Of a stretch of DNA of 64,000 bases, positions 24,601 through 35,849 are shown in pieces. The position numbers and the translations under genes are program-made. How positions within the stretch are numbered: the stretch's first letter is position 1; every line of letters starts with the position of its first letter. The stretch is from Nageia nagi (lineage: Eukaryota > Plantae > Pinophyta): assembly GCA_050084985.1 (NCBI GenBank), contig JBITNC010000001.1, positions 167,338,001 to 167,402,000 of the forward strand. The letters run 5' to 3'. The notes below the pieces were generated by a model. That model had not been told where the DNA came from. It did not search any database and saw only the letters and a list, made by a program, of their open reading frames with translations.

Positions 24601-26736
24601 GTTGCCGTCATTTATTTTGACAGACCCTTTGCCAATAATTTGTGCGCCATCATTATTTCCAAATCTAACTGACCCACCTTCATATTCTTGTAGTTTTTGG
24701 AATTTCTTTTTGTCACCTGTCATGTGACTTGAGCATCCGCTGTCTAATATCCACGGGGAAGGTTTGTCTTGAGCTTTCAATGCAGTTTGAACAATTAAAG
24801 ACTCTTTGTCCTTTTTGAGTTTCCCCTTTTCTTTCCAGACTTGTTTTACTTTTGTTTCAGCTCCTTGTTTCTTATTACACTTTTCTTCTTTCTGTGGAAG
24901 ACCGCGCTGAACTTGTTTATTCTGTCTTACGAAAGGAAATTGTCTTCGTGAGAAGAACCTCATGCCATAGTCAACTTTGCAGAATCTGGCAATGTGTCCA
25001 TATTTGCGACAGTTGTAACACTCAACAGGATACTCCATTAATGGACCGAATGCATTCCTAGTAACAAAGGTCCTTGGTTTAATATTATATTTACATTCAG
25101 AAATTTTGTGCCCATATGCATTGCATTTGAAACAGTATCCATTGAAGGAATGGATATAACTATTACGTTGATGAGTTCTTCTTTGTCCTGCATAGGGTCT
25201 TCTTCTGGACTGTACTTGAGTGAAGCCATCATTCTTCAGTTCTGGGCTACCTTCCCTTTTCTTGGCTTCTTTTGTGTTTTCCTCTTTTATGTTACTGGAA
25301 GATTGTCCTTGTTCATATCCCAGACCAGATTTATCCGAAAACATTCTTTGACTGTTGATGATTTCGCTAAGTTTGGTCGACCTTCCTTCTAGATATTCAA
25401 AGGAACTGATTTTCTTGGTTACTTCCTCCAGTTGTACACGTAGCCCAGTTATTTCTTCTTCGAGCTTACTACAATTCTTAACTTTCTCGAGAAGCTGTTC
25501 CTCCAAACTCTCATTTATCCTCTTGGATTCTTCGACTTCTATTTTTAGGTTTTCTACAGTAGTACTTGCATCATCACACCTTCTTGAGAGTATCTTATTT
25601 TTCTTCACTTCTTTATTCAATTCTTTCAATGCTGTCATTAGTTCTTCTTCAATATCAATCTCAATTTCACAGTCATCTTCTTCATCTGTCTCTTCCTTCT
25701 TATGTTTTTGGTCACTTTGATTATTTACATTCAGTTTTTCTTCAAATGCCATAAACAATGACTCATTATATTCCTTTTCTGATTCGTTACTAGAATCATC
25801 ATTAGTGGAGTCTTCATTTCTAGATAAGAGGCTCTGTCTATTTGACTTTCTATTTTGAGCCTGAGATTTCATCTTGCGACTTTTCTCAAAATACGATTCT
25901 TGATCATCTTTATCAGTTTTTCTATATGGACATTTTGAGATAAAGTGACCAATACCACCACAATTAAAACATTTAAAAGGCAGCTTGCCTTTATACTTAC
26001 CTTTTCCTCTTTTTAGCTTTCTAATGAAGTTTGCTTCTGCTTCATCCGATTGTTCCTCATCGTCAGAATCTTCTCTGGCGTTGTTACTGCTGCTGGTCTT
26101 AAACGCTGCTTCCTTTTCTGAATGTTTTGTTTTTCCAATCCTCATTTCATAAGCAGTTAGCGATCCATGCAATTCATCCATGCTAAAAGTTTTCAAATCT
26201 TTTGCTTCTTCAATAGCAGACACTTTTGAATCAAAACGAGAAGTGAGAGATCGCAGTACCTTTTTCACGATGATATGATCTTCAATCTCTTCTCCAAGGC
26301 CTCTGATCGCATTAGTAATTTCATTTACTCTTAGCATGTAGGCTTCAATGGTTTCATCTTCATTCATCTTTAGACCTTCGAATTGAGCTCTATGTGTTTG
26401 AAGTTTTGCTTCCTTGACTTTGTCATCTCCCTCGTGAATGCTTTTCAATTTACTCCATATTTCTTTAGCTGACTTGCATGCCATAACTTTTACCAGTTCG
26501 CTGTCCACAAGACCACACATTAGAGCGTTTCGTGCTTTGGCATCATATTCAAATGCCTTTCTTTCTGCTTCATCTGATGGACCAGTAGGAGGAGGAGTGT
26601 AACCCCTTTTAACGGCATCCCAAGTACCAAAACCCAATGCACTGAGATAAGTCTTCATCCGAATTTTCCAGAACCCATAATTGGTTCCATCAAAGAGTGG
26701 TGCCTTGTTAGATGAGAAACCTTCTCCGCTTGCCAT
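21661..26736 (-). CDS. Ty1/copia gag-pol polyprotein, 1691 aa (extended Gag with 3 CCHC knuckles and coiled coil, PR, INT, RT, RNase H)
   Basis: [15 protein letters not shown]; [28 protein letters not shown] and [14 protein letters not shown]; [13 protein letters not shown]; WHKRLGH; LRSDRGGEF; [14 protein letters not shown]; [11 protein letters not shown]; YVDDIIFG; DADWAG; ADIFTKPL. Confidence 0.99.
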   Translation of the reverse strand: MASGEGFSSNKAPLFDGTNYGFWKIRMKTYLSALGFGTWDAVKRGYTPPPTGPSDEAERKAFEYDAKARNALMCGLVDSELVKVMACKSAKEIWSKLKSIHEGDDKVKEAKLQTHRAQFEGLKMNEDETIEAYMLRVNEITNAIRGLGEEIEDHIIVKKVLRSLTSRFDSKVSAIEEAKDLKTFSMDELHGSLTAYEMRIGKTKHSEKEAAFKTSSSNNAREDSDDEEQSDEAEANFIRKLKRGKGKYKGKLPFKCFNCGGIGHFISKCPYRKTDKDDQESYFEKSRKMKSQAQNRKSNRQSLLSRNEDSTNDDSSNESEKEYNESLFMAFEEKLNVNNQSDQKHKKEETDEEDDCEIEIDIEEELMTALKELNKEVKKNKILSRRCDDASTTVENLKIEVEESKRINESLEEQLLEKVKNCSKLEEEITGLRVQLEEVTKKISSFEYLEGRSTKLSEIINSQRMFSDKSGLGYEQGQSSSNIKEENTKEAKKREGSPELKNDGFTQVQSRRRPYAGQRRTHQRNSYIHSFNGYCFKCNAYGHKISECKYNIKPRTFVTRNAFGPLMEYPVECYNCRKYGHIARFCKVDYGMRFFSRRQFPFVRQNKQVQRGLPQKEEKCNKKQGAETKVKQVWKEKGKLKKDKESLIVQTALKAQDKPSPWILDSGCSSHMTGDKKKFQKLQEYEGGSVRFGNNDGAQIIGKGSVKINDGNIRSEEVLFVVGLRHNLLSVSQICDKGHDVIFKSHGCEIRRANSGRLIAVGTRTSGNLYTLSDVSEGSCLLGKESDDWLWHKRLGHICFKNLMNICSKRAVRDMPRISTPVNDICDSCQKGKQTRTKFKVKEYHTRKPLEIVHTDLCGPMRTQSFNGDKYFILFIDDYSRMTWVQFLKHKSEAFEMFKAFKNQVENQMERKIKCLRSDRGGEFTSDEFNEFCIRHGIKRQFSAARTPQQNGVVERKNRTVQEMARTMLIESKVADKFWKEAVHTAVHIQNRCMMRPHEDRTPYELWFGRRATVKHFRIFGSKCYIKRTEENLGKFEDRSDEGIFLGYSSKSKAYRCYNKRTKTIVDSADVRVDEQRNLPKRNDDENLPDYQDPIEEDQPKKNKSKPAVQQLQGKKPEDSNPPSNPDNDSENEAEEDEHSKTPPKRWHKDHPQEQIIGEFQTGIQTRRGVSHTYSLLSSIEPKNVSEASQDESWMRAMEEELTQIEKNETWELVPRPANKNVIGTKWVFRNKINEEGKVVRNKARLVCKGYAQVEGIDFEETFAPVARLEAIRMFLAFAVYKNFTVYQMDVKSAFLNGKIEEEVYVEQPDGFQLGENPNLVCKLKKALYGLKQAPRAWYSRLDAYLQQQGFRKGRVDSNLYIKSDKGNQLIVVVYVDDIIFGGSKNELCKNLADNMQTEFEMSMIGELAFFLGLQINQLKNGMFISQTKYVKEMLKKFTMEDCKPVSTPMTTGCKLSKNDKAPTVDQTQYRSMIGSLLYLTATRPDILQAVCMVARFQENPKETHVTAVKRIFRYLKGTVEYGLWYPRGKNFTLTAFSDADWAGCVDDRKSTSGGAFYLGNNLVSWHSKKQDSVSLSTAEAEYIAATSCCTQLLWMKQMLNDFGIQINEPIIIRCDNKSAINISKNPVMHSRTKHIAIRYHFLKEKVAQGEVQLDFVPTTEQVADIFTKPLSKDVFEYLRTKLGVVILPKH

Positions 26737-26780
26737 AGTGTCACTGTCCGGATCTCCTTAGCTGTTATAGCTTACTTAGG

Positions 26781-26798
26781 AACCTGGCTCTGATACCA
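26781..26798 (-). other. Primer-binding site for initiator tRNA-Met
   Basis: Minus strand reads TGGTATCAGAGCCAGGTT, 2 nt from the 5' LTR end. Confidence 0.97.
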
Positions 26799-26800
26799 AT

Positions 26801-29084
26801 TGTTGTTCTTCGAGTGACACTGAGAGGGGGGGGGTGAATCAGTGTATATAAAAATTATCACTATCCAATCTTCTTTAATAATGACAAATTAAAAGCTGGA
26901 GAAAATGAGCAAGCACACCAGTACATCACACAACACCAGATGTAACGAGGTTCACCAGTTTGGCTACATCCCCGAAAATGACTGCTTGGACACCAATCCA
27001 AATCCAGCCATTAAAGAAAGCTTACAGATTCACAGCACCAACTGTGAAGGGTAGCACCAACTACCACTTTGAGAATAGCAGCACCTACTGCTTGGAGCAC
27101 CAACTCCAGCTCTCAAATCCACTCCAGCTCTCAAATCCACAGCACCAACTGTGAAGGGTAGCACCAACTACCACTTTAGAATTAGCAGCACCAACTGCTT
27201 GGAGCACCAACTCCAGCTATCAAGCACCAACTTGATAGAACATTCAAATGGAGAAAAGATTCTGTTCTAGAAGACCCTCAATGGTCTAGCTCTAATGCTC
27301 ACTTCATACACTTCGGATATTTCACTTTACACACAGCACTTGCTTTCACTCACTTCTCTGCTCACCACATTCGTGCGATTACCTGCATTTTCATGCTTTA
27401 CTTTTCGCACTTCTTTTCACACACTCTGCACACACTTCGCACACACTTCACTCCCTTCTCTTCTCATCACATACTCCACACACACTTTGCCTCAATTCAC
27501 CCTTTTCATCCCACACCTTTTACACCTAGAAACCAACTCTTATATCTGCATGTCCCACTACTTGCTTCACTTATTCCTTTAGCTGTAAACTCTCAGCTAC
27601 TACACTCTCCTCGAGCTGTGTACTCATTACTCCCTGTCTCCTCGAGCTGTGCAATCTCAACTGCCGCTTTTCTCGAGCTGTGCACTCATAACTTCCTTTC
27701 TCCTCGAACTGTGCAATCATAACTTGCATTGTCCTCCAGCTGTGCAATCACAGCTACTTCTCTCCTCGAGTTGTGCACTCATTACTTCTTGCCATGTCCA
27801 CACTGTTCACATTGCAGCTCTCTGCTCCTTTTCTTACATCCGTTTTTCACATTATTCCTGTACTTAACCGTTACGCATCAATAACACTCCAGGAAACTGT
27901 TCCTACCATTATACGTTATCAACAGAATCCTTGTTTGTAACTGACGAACACTTTCATTTCTCAAACAGAGTTGTTTAGACAGGTATACTTCTTTCTCCAT
28001 GGATTTCAGCTAATTCCGGACTCTTTTATTCTTCATTATGGTATTTCTTACGATTCCGGACTCTTCTCTCCTTCATAATGGTATTTCTGATTATTCCGGA
28101 CTCTTTCCTAGCTTACCGGATGTTTTCTGTATACATCGTGATGTCATCATCCTCCGGACTCCGGAAATAGAGTATAACGCTTTTCGCATGACGTCATCAT
28201 TTCTGGACTTTTATCTTCAGACGTGTATCTCCGGATTTTTATCTCCGGATGTTTATCTCCGGATCTTGACCTCCGGACTTTTGTCTCCGGACCTTTATCT
28301 CCGGACCTTTATCTCCGGACCTTTGAACACTTGCACCATGATGTCATCACTTCCGGACTCTGGAAACAGAGTATAACTCTTTCCTTATGATGTCATCATT
28401 TCCGGACTTTTATCTTCAGACGTGTATCTCCGGATTTTTATCTCCGGACGTTTATCTCCGGATCTTGACCTCCGGACTTTTGTCTCCGGACCTTTATCTC
28501 CGGACCTTTATCTCCGGACCTTTGAACACTTGCACCATGATGTCATCATTTCCGGACTTTTACCTCCGGACTCTTTTATCACTCTTTGCTGACCTCATTT
28601 CTTCCGGACGCCGGTTGTATTCACAAATGTGAGCATCGTTCTCCTGGTGACGTCATCTTTTGCTTCCGGAATGTTTTCCTCTCTGGCTCCGGCTCTTTGA
28701 TCATTCCTTGCTGACCTCATCACTTCCGGATCCCGGTTCTAAGTGAAAGCCCGAAATCGCTGACGTCATCTCGGTCAATCCTCCGGAACCCGACCAATCA
28801 CACTTCTCTTCCGGAACTTAGTCAAACTTCCAGAACCCGATCACTCTTTACTTCCGGAACACAGTTAAACCTCCGGAACCCGATCAAATAGTCTCTCTTC
28901 ACTTCCGGAACTTAGTCAAACTTCCAGAACCCGATCACTCTTTACTTCCGGAACACAGTTAAACCTCCGGAACCCGATCAAATAGTCTCTCTTCACTTCC
29001 GGAACTTAGTTAATCCTCCGGAACCCGATCAATACCTTGTTGACAACAATTACAATCATACTTCTCTATCACACATACTCAACA
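26801..29084 (-). repeat. 5' LTR of intact copia (2284 bp)
   Basis: Copy of 19165-21448, adjacent to the PBS. Confidence 0.99.
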
Positions 29085-29089
29085 GAGTC

Positions 29090-30700
29090 TACCCATTGGA
29101 TCAATGGGTCATCTAGAACCCATGTTCTTGAGATCCCATTCACAAAAATCTCTACAAGGTGCTAACCATCTCCTAGGGAGGTACCTAGATGAGGAAATCA
29201 ATATGATGGGGGAACAACCCATTATTCCTAATACATTCAAGATCATATGTTCCAAGAAGTTACTAGATGAGACAAAGAATAAGGTTTGTATCCCACTAGA
29301 GCTAAATCAATTTTTAAGGAGTATTCCATATTAGATCCAAGGTTGAAGAGAGACATTAACTTCAATGATTACCTAGATATTCTAGGGTTGAAGGGGATCA
29401 ATTCAGATGGCTCACATACTCCAAGAAGCTCATGGGGAGACAAGAGAGGCATGCAACAAAAGATCAATAAGATGCAAATACCATTATATGATGATAAGAG
29501 GATGAAAATTAGGGCTTGGCTACATAAAATATAGACCTACTTCACCTTAAGCTCAAATATGTTAGAGGAGGATGCAATCCACTTTACATCACTACACTTT
29601 GAGGGTGATGCCCTAAAATGGTGGTAACATGGAGTAATTAGCCAATATTACTCACATGTTACCTTTTTTAATGAGATTGCCAAGTGGTTGGTGAAGAGAT
29701 TTGATAGAAAGAGGGAGAATGATTACTTTCAAGACTTGAAATATATGAGACAATAGGGTGAAGTGGATGAATATAAAGTTTCAAAAGATTATAGTCATGA
29801 TTCACCACATTCTTGAGGAGTGGTTGACATTCCTCTTCATAGAGGGATTGATGGAGCCATTATAGGGGATGGTCAAGGTATCCTCATCAAGGAACTTTGA
29901 TGATGATATTTGAGCTACATATTATATAGAGATGACTAGGAAATCCCTCAAGGGAGGGCATACATACAAAGGTCCAACCACATGAAATATCCTTATTGAT
30001 ACCTTGAATGAATTAGTTGGATGCAACCACTTGAAAGAAGCTAAGGGAAGAAGGAAAGTGCTACTATTGTAAGAAGATTTGGGAGGTAGGCCACCATTTC
30101 CAATGTAAGGGACATGTGCACTACATTGAGGTATTTTTTGATGAGGATATGGAAAATTTAGATTTGGATCTTGGCATGGAAATGTTGGATTATGAGGCAC
30201 CCAAGGAAAAAGGCTCATTAAGGAGCATGATTAGTTGACTCCATGGTGTAAAGAAATATCTCACACTAAAGGTGGTGGGGCAAGTAGGTGGACAATATAT
30301 GATGATCTTGATCAATACAATAGCATTCCATAACTTTATTGATGAATGGTTTATGGACAAGAATAATTTGAAAACTAAGGGGTTTGTAGGATTCAAAATT
30401 TCCAATGCCAATGGGAAATTCACTCTAATGGGCCACATAGTCAAGAAGTTTAGGGTGAGGCTATAGAGCTACATAGTGAGGGAGAACTTATATGTTTATC
30501 CCTTAAAGGGGTATCCTCATATTTTTCTAAGAGTATAGTGGTTGTTCAAGTTGGGTGACATTTACACCAACTACTAGAAAATCACTATGAGATTCAAGAT
30601 TGATGGGAAGAACCATACATTGTAGGGGATTCGTGATTATTGTCCTTATGTTGATAACAAATGGTTGGAGGTGATTGATTGGTGTCAAAAGAAGGAGGAA
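29090..30700 (+). pseudogene. Decayed gypsy gag and aspartic protease of the host element
   Basis: KINKMQIPLYDD..IRAWLHKI and FEGDALKWW (gag); GQVGGQYMMILINTIAFHNFID (LIDSGATHNFI-like protease). Confidence 0.85.
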
Positions 30701-30774
30701 GAGGAAAATGGGTCCATGATAGACATGGAGGTGTTCAAACATGAGAAGAGGAGCATTGAGGAGCCCTCATACCC

Positions 30775-31270
30775 CATGTTGCATCTTAGAAATCTTGGAT
30801 ACTTGATGTGGAGCTTGGAAGACCTCTTACACACTATGTTAGATTGTGAGAATGCCATATCTTGCATGTTGAGTAGTGAATACCTCCTACACCTTATGTT
30901 GAGCCTTGAGAATTTTGGATACCTCATGTTGGGTATTAAGTAGGATTTTCATATAACATTGGAATTGAGGGAGCTTCTACCACTCATGTGGGACACTGAC
31001 TTGGAACTAGATGTTAGGTTTGGAGGAGCTCTTGCATCCCACATTGGAATTAGGGAGACTTCTACACCTCATGTGGGAGGTTGAGGTATTCTTGTGCATC
31101 ATTGTGAACATGGAGTAATTTGGGCACTCCATGATGGGATTGATAAGGCTTGGGCACTTAGCATTAGGTTGGAAGGTAGCTTGGCACCCCATGTTGTAGG
31201 ATGGGGAAGTTTTGGACTTCACATTTGTAGTTGGGAGACCCCCACATTGAGCTTAGGGAGATCCTGGCCT
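30775..31270 (+). repeat. Degenerate ~30-bp tandem repeat (~16-17 units)
   Basis: Units such as CATGTTGAGTAGTGAATACCTCCTACACCT, TATGTTGAGCCTTGAGAATTTTGGATACCT and CACATTGGAATTAGGGAGACTTCTACACCT. Confidence 0.8.
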
Positions 31271-31625
31271 TAGCTATGTAGAAAAGGATCCACCTATTTT
31301 TACTCACATATGATTTACTTGAGGCTTTTGTAGGTACAATGCCAAAAATTTCTATATGCATGCACTCCCATATGTTTTTGAGAAAAATAATGTGGCACTT
31401 GATGAGGAGTGATGGAAGCAACATATCAAAAAAGTTTCATGCATTGTTGACATATGATGATGTAATGTTAGCATTTCATGTAGGACCTTCATCATGAAGG
31501 GCATATATTGAAGTTGCATTTCACTCTTGTAGATTGCAATCAATAAGGCTAAAGGATTCTTGGAGGATAATATGCTATAACATTCTAACATTACTTAAGG
31601 CCAAGTAATTTGAGAGGGAAGGAAT

Positions 31626-32531
31626 TGTGACATCCCCCTTACATTATTGTACTTAATTATGGAATCCAATAGATTCCACCTTTGTATTATATTTAATTAT
31701 TTAATTATGCTTTAAATTAATACTTGGGATATACAACTTAATGGGTCATTGGACCCCACTATGATCCCCAAGTGAGATGTCTCCCTCTCAAGTGTAAATT
31801 AGAGTATTTTAATGTAATTAGAGATCCTAATACATGATTGTGGGAATTCTAAAGTCTATTTAGCACTTAATGGATTTATGAGTACTTAATGGCACCAAAA
31901 TTGAGATTTGGAGCACTTATACATATGTGCTAGCCTTGGGGAGACTTCTAGACCCCCATGTTGGCCTATGACACCCACACATACTACCTAGACCCATGCA
32001 TGCATTCCTGGATCCATGTGGGATATGAGGTAGTCTCAAATATCCATGTTGGTCCTGGACTAACACCTAGGTACCAATGTTATCATATGAGGGAATTAGG
32101 TGATGATATTGAGATGAGATCCATATCTAAGAAAGCTATATTAGCCTTTAGAGTCTTATTGTTGGATATACATAATTATTATTATCACTCATATAATCTA
32201 GAGGATAGAATACTTAGTGTAATGCTAAGCAAGACCCCTAGGTGCAACATCTAGGAGGATTAACAAGTTTGAGGGATCCTATTAGTCTATAGATTTAGTG
32301 TAGCACCCTCACCCATCAAATGGTCTTATGGGGTTTGGCTTTTACTTTCAATGGTTTCTAGAGTTTGACAAGGGCTCCTTTGATGGAGAGGATTTAGATT
32401 TTGATCATTATTTATCTTCTATATAGTCATTGGGAATTTGGATCTTAGTATTTATCTTGTGTATGCTTTCATATTGTAACATTGTGGTGTATTTCTTATT
32501 TCTTGCATGTTATGGCTAGATGTTGGCATTA
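31626..32531 (+). repeat. Truncated 3' LTR of host gypsy element
   Basis: Starts TGTGACATCC right after the PPT. Similarity to the 5' LTR stops ~150 bp before that LTR's end. Confidence 0.85.
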
Positions 32532-32599
32532 CTGCATTCTTGAGGCTTAATTTGGATGCCCTAGGTAAGACATTGGAGCATACTTGTGTATATTTGATT

Positions 32600-33680
32600 A
32601 AATTATACTAAAATTTCATTTATGTTTTTACATATTTATAAAGTCTTTTCATTCACCTATATGCTTGACATGGCCAAGAAGGACAACCATACATGTATAT
32701 TATTCTTGTGTAGGTGCAATACGTGTTCAAAATTTCAATGTAAGTGTAATATGATAAAAATTATTAGTGGAATTCAATTTATGATATCCTTATTTCACTA
32801 TTCCTACATGGATACATGCATATAATATAATAACAAATGCAAAATTGTTTGGATTAATACCCACATATATCATTTATTTAAATAGTTTGAAGGATTCCTT
32901 GCTATAACCACTTATTTCATACCTTACAATCATTACAATTGATGAAATTATTTGTTCATAAAACATATTTTCATATAAAACCCTTATCATCTTAATGCTT
33001 CCAAATTTTATGTACATGTCTATTAGGGATATTAGCACAATTGTAAAATCTAGATTAATGCCCATATATTACATTTATTCAAATAGTTTGACATCTTCCT
33101 TGCTACAACCATTCCTTGTATACCATGCAATCATTACAATCCATGCAATTATTTATTCATAACACATCTTTTCAAATAAAACCCTTTTTATCTTAATACT
33201 CCCATATTTTTCATATATGTCTATTAGGGTTATTATCATAATTACATGCAACTAAAACTACATCTAATCATCATTCAATGATTTGAAGTATTGATAACCT
33301 TTTTTCACTAGACATGCATTGCCATAAAAAGATATTACATTAATAAATGTAACATCATCTAGATTAAAGTGCATACATTCCATTTGTTTAAATAGTTTGA
33401 TGGATTCATTGCTACAATAATTCCTTGCATACCTTGCATTCATTGTAGTCCACGAAATTATTTATTCATGACGCATGTTGTCAAGAAAAACCCTTACTGT
33501 ATTAATGCTCTCACATTTTGCATACATGTCTATTAGGGTTGTTATCATAATTGTATATTAAAGAAACATACATATAATATTCATTCATGGATTTGAAGCA
33601 TTGATATCCCTCTTTCACTAGATCTATATAGATATATGTAGATAATATAATAATAAATGTAATATCATTTGGAATGATAC
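32600..33680 (-). pseudogene. Tandemly repeated PLS-PPR fragments (S-P2-L2 module)
   Basis: ORF 32874-33065 SLIDMYIKFGSIKMIRVLYENM..IISSIVMIVRYEISGYSKESFKLF. The marker TCTATTAGGG recurs at 33019, 33220 and 33529. YTCMVVLLGH at ~32670. Confidence 0.85.
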
Positions 33681-34399
33681 CTAGTACGCAAATAATATAC
33701 TAATTAATGGGAATTTATTGAATAAAGAACTAGGTACACTTTTCAAGAATATGGTATCCTTTTTACATGATTTAATGATTTTATATAATGGAATAATGAA
33801 GAATGAATGTAAAAATTTTCTAGTCCAATTTGAATATGGAAGTATTAGTGTAAAAATTAAAAGATTACCCCATGGGTAGATTTATGCTAGTACATTGGTT
33901 ATCTTACCTTTAGGAATACATATTGGTATAGCAATGGCTAACACAATATATAAAATGCTTTCTAGTGTTGTTCAAAATGGTGTCTTCTCATTAGATATCC
34001 TCAAGGTAAAATATTCCTTTCTTCCAAAACCTTAAAGTAATAATTAGCAATTTTTTACAATATCCACATTCCAAAAATAGATAAAGGTAAATTACAAGGA
34101 AATGGTAAAAAGAAATATTGATGAGGACATATTCACAATCACCATTTTGGATTAATATTTGACTTGATATTTACATTTGAGTAATTGATGGATAATTCTT
34201 CACCTAAGAAATTATTGTAATAATGAAACACAATGCAAGAAAAAAGTTACAAAAATTCAAAAATATCTAAAAGTAATTCATTTGCAATACAAGGTGCATA
34301 TATGTATACATGCACATAAACAAATTAAATAATATATATTTTTTTGTTCACAACACATATATGGTAATTGCTTTTACTTTAGTATATGAAATTGTTTGT

Positions 34400-34560
34400 T
34401 CACAACAATAAAAACCTTGTTTTCATAATGCTTCCACATATTGCATATATGTATATCAAGGTTGTTGTCACAATTGCATGCAAAATAAACCAACATCTAA
34501 AAATATTTCTCTAAATATCCATGGCCCATTTTTAAAGTTGCAAAATTTGCACATACAAAA
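34400..34560 (-). pseudogene. PPR L-S motif fragment (a second partial copy at ~35160-35230)
   Basis: VCANFATLKMG..IVTTTLIYIYAICGSI resembles ACANLAALEQG..VTSALIDMYAKCGSI. Confidence 0.7.
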
Positions 34561-34631
34561 AGAAGTAAAACATTGGAAAAGTATCAGTATCCTTCTTTCA
34601 TTGGAATGTTATTCTAAATACATGGTGTTAA

Positions 34632-34750
34632 TTCAAATTTCATTGGGATGAAATGATTCATGTGCACTAATGGAATTTGATGAAGTTGGTTTGATGTTTG
34701 TAATAACATGAATGTTTGACTACCATTAAATATATATAAATGTTCCTTTA
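34632..34750 (-). repeat. Right arm of dispersed inverted repeat (partner 16186-16313)
   Basis: Reverse complement reads TAAAGGAACATTTATATATATTTAATGGTAGTCAAACATTCATG..AACATCAAA..ATCCCAATGA. Confidence 0.7.
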
Positions 34751-35849
34751 TATATATTTTTGAGCATATGTGAATGAAAAATGATTTTAGCATTTCAAAA
34801 CATAGAAGAGAAGAAGGTTATGAAGAACATGTAGTCAAAAAAGGTATTAAGCCAAATTATCAGTATCACAAAAAGAGGGGTAGCCTTTGTGAATGTAAGG
34901 AAAAACATTCATAAAGGTTTTCCAATATTTTTAGGGTACTAATTGATCTTTAAGATTGAATAGCTTGCAAAGATAAAACCTATTTATCACTTCTAATAGC
35001 TTTTGTTATGATATTAAAGATGTCTTCCATGTAAGGTGCAAGTTTTTTCATAGTAGATTAAAGAAATTAAAATAAGGTATATAAATGTAGATTACCATAT
35101 GCAAGTATATGAAGATAATGTTATTTAATAAATAACATGCATATTTTAGCTCCTTTCAATTTCATTCTCAAAGATTTTCCATAAAATTTCATGCCCTATT
35201 TTAAAGATGCAAAAGTTGCACATACAACCTAAATGCCAAATATGCATATGAGATCATATAACCTTCCCATTGTATATTGCTTGGAAAATCACCTCAATCT
35301 ATGGAGAATCATTGGATATGCAAAGAGGCCTAGTCATTCTATAATGTAAGCATGTTGAAATGTATAATATAAGATGTAAAATATCCATATGAGTAGATGT
35401 CATGAATATAGTGTAGTGATTTTTTCAATTATGTAAATGTACCATGAATATTGATTGGTATCATCCCACATGTTGTATTACATCAAAACCATACTATTTT
35501 AAGATGATTTTAATATATTGTAGTGGTGTTGTTAAATATGTGAATGTGACCTAAATTGTTTTTGATTAATTTTAATTAGTACATTAATTTTTTAAAAGTA
35601 AGGTATGCTTTAAGTCTTACAAGGTATACATCATGAGTTTAAAACTTATTTATTTATATTCTAATTTTTATTATCTAGATTATATTTGTTGGTATTCCCA
35701 TGATAATATTCTTTGAGAACATTTATATATGATTTAGAAATATCCTCATTTGTACCAATCCTAACATAACAATGATCATAACCATTATACTTTCATGATT
35801 TACTTTAGAAATTATGTCATTAAATTTATGATTCATTATCTTATTTGAC

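Larger units (their letters stand above)
19165..29084 (-). mobile_element. Intact, very recent Ty1/copia LTR retrotransposon (Sirevirus/SIRE-like), 9920 bp
   Basis: Two 2284-bp LTRs with TGTTG...CAACA ends, TSD GAGTC (19160-19164 and 29085-29089), PBS, multiple PPTs and an uninterrupted gag-pol ORF. Confidence 0.99.
17490..32531 (+). mobile_element. Old non-autonomous Ty3/gypsy (chromovirus-like) element with gag-protease but no RT/RH/INT, interrupted by the young copia
   Basis: 5' LTR 17490-18675 (TGTGAC...TTACA), decayed iMet PBS TGGTATAAGAGC at 18677, gag start ~18738 resuming at 29090, PPT GAGAGGGAAGGAA at 31612-31624, and 3' LTR 31626-~32531 (truncated, clearly diverged from the 5' LTR). 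Confidence 0.88.

Noticed and set aside
21839-25754. Many short ORFs overlapping gag-pol on either strand
   Set aside because: Shadow ORFs of a long coding sequence, with no independent motifs.
16430-35240. A functional PPR gene with TE-filled introns
   Set aside because: The fragments contain stops and frameshifts, are duplicated and out of order, and lack clear splice sites.
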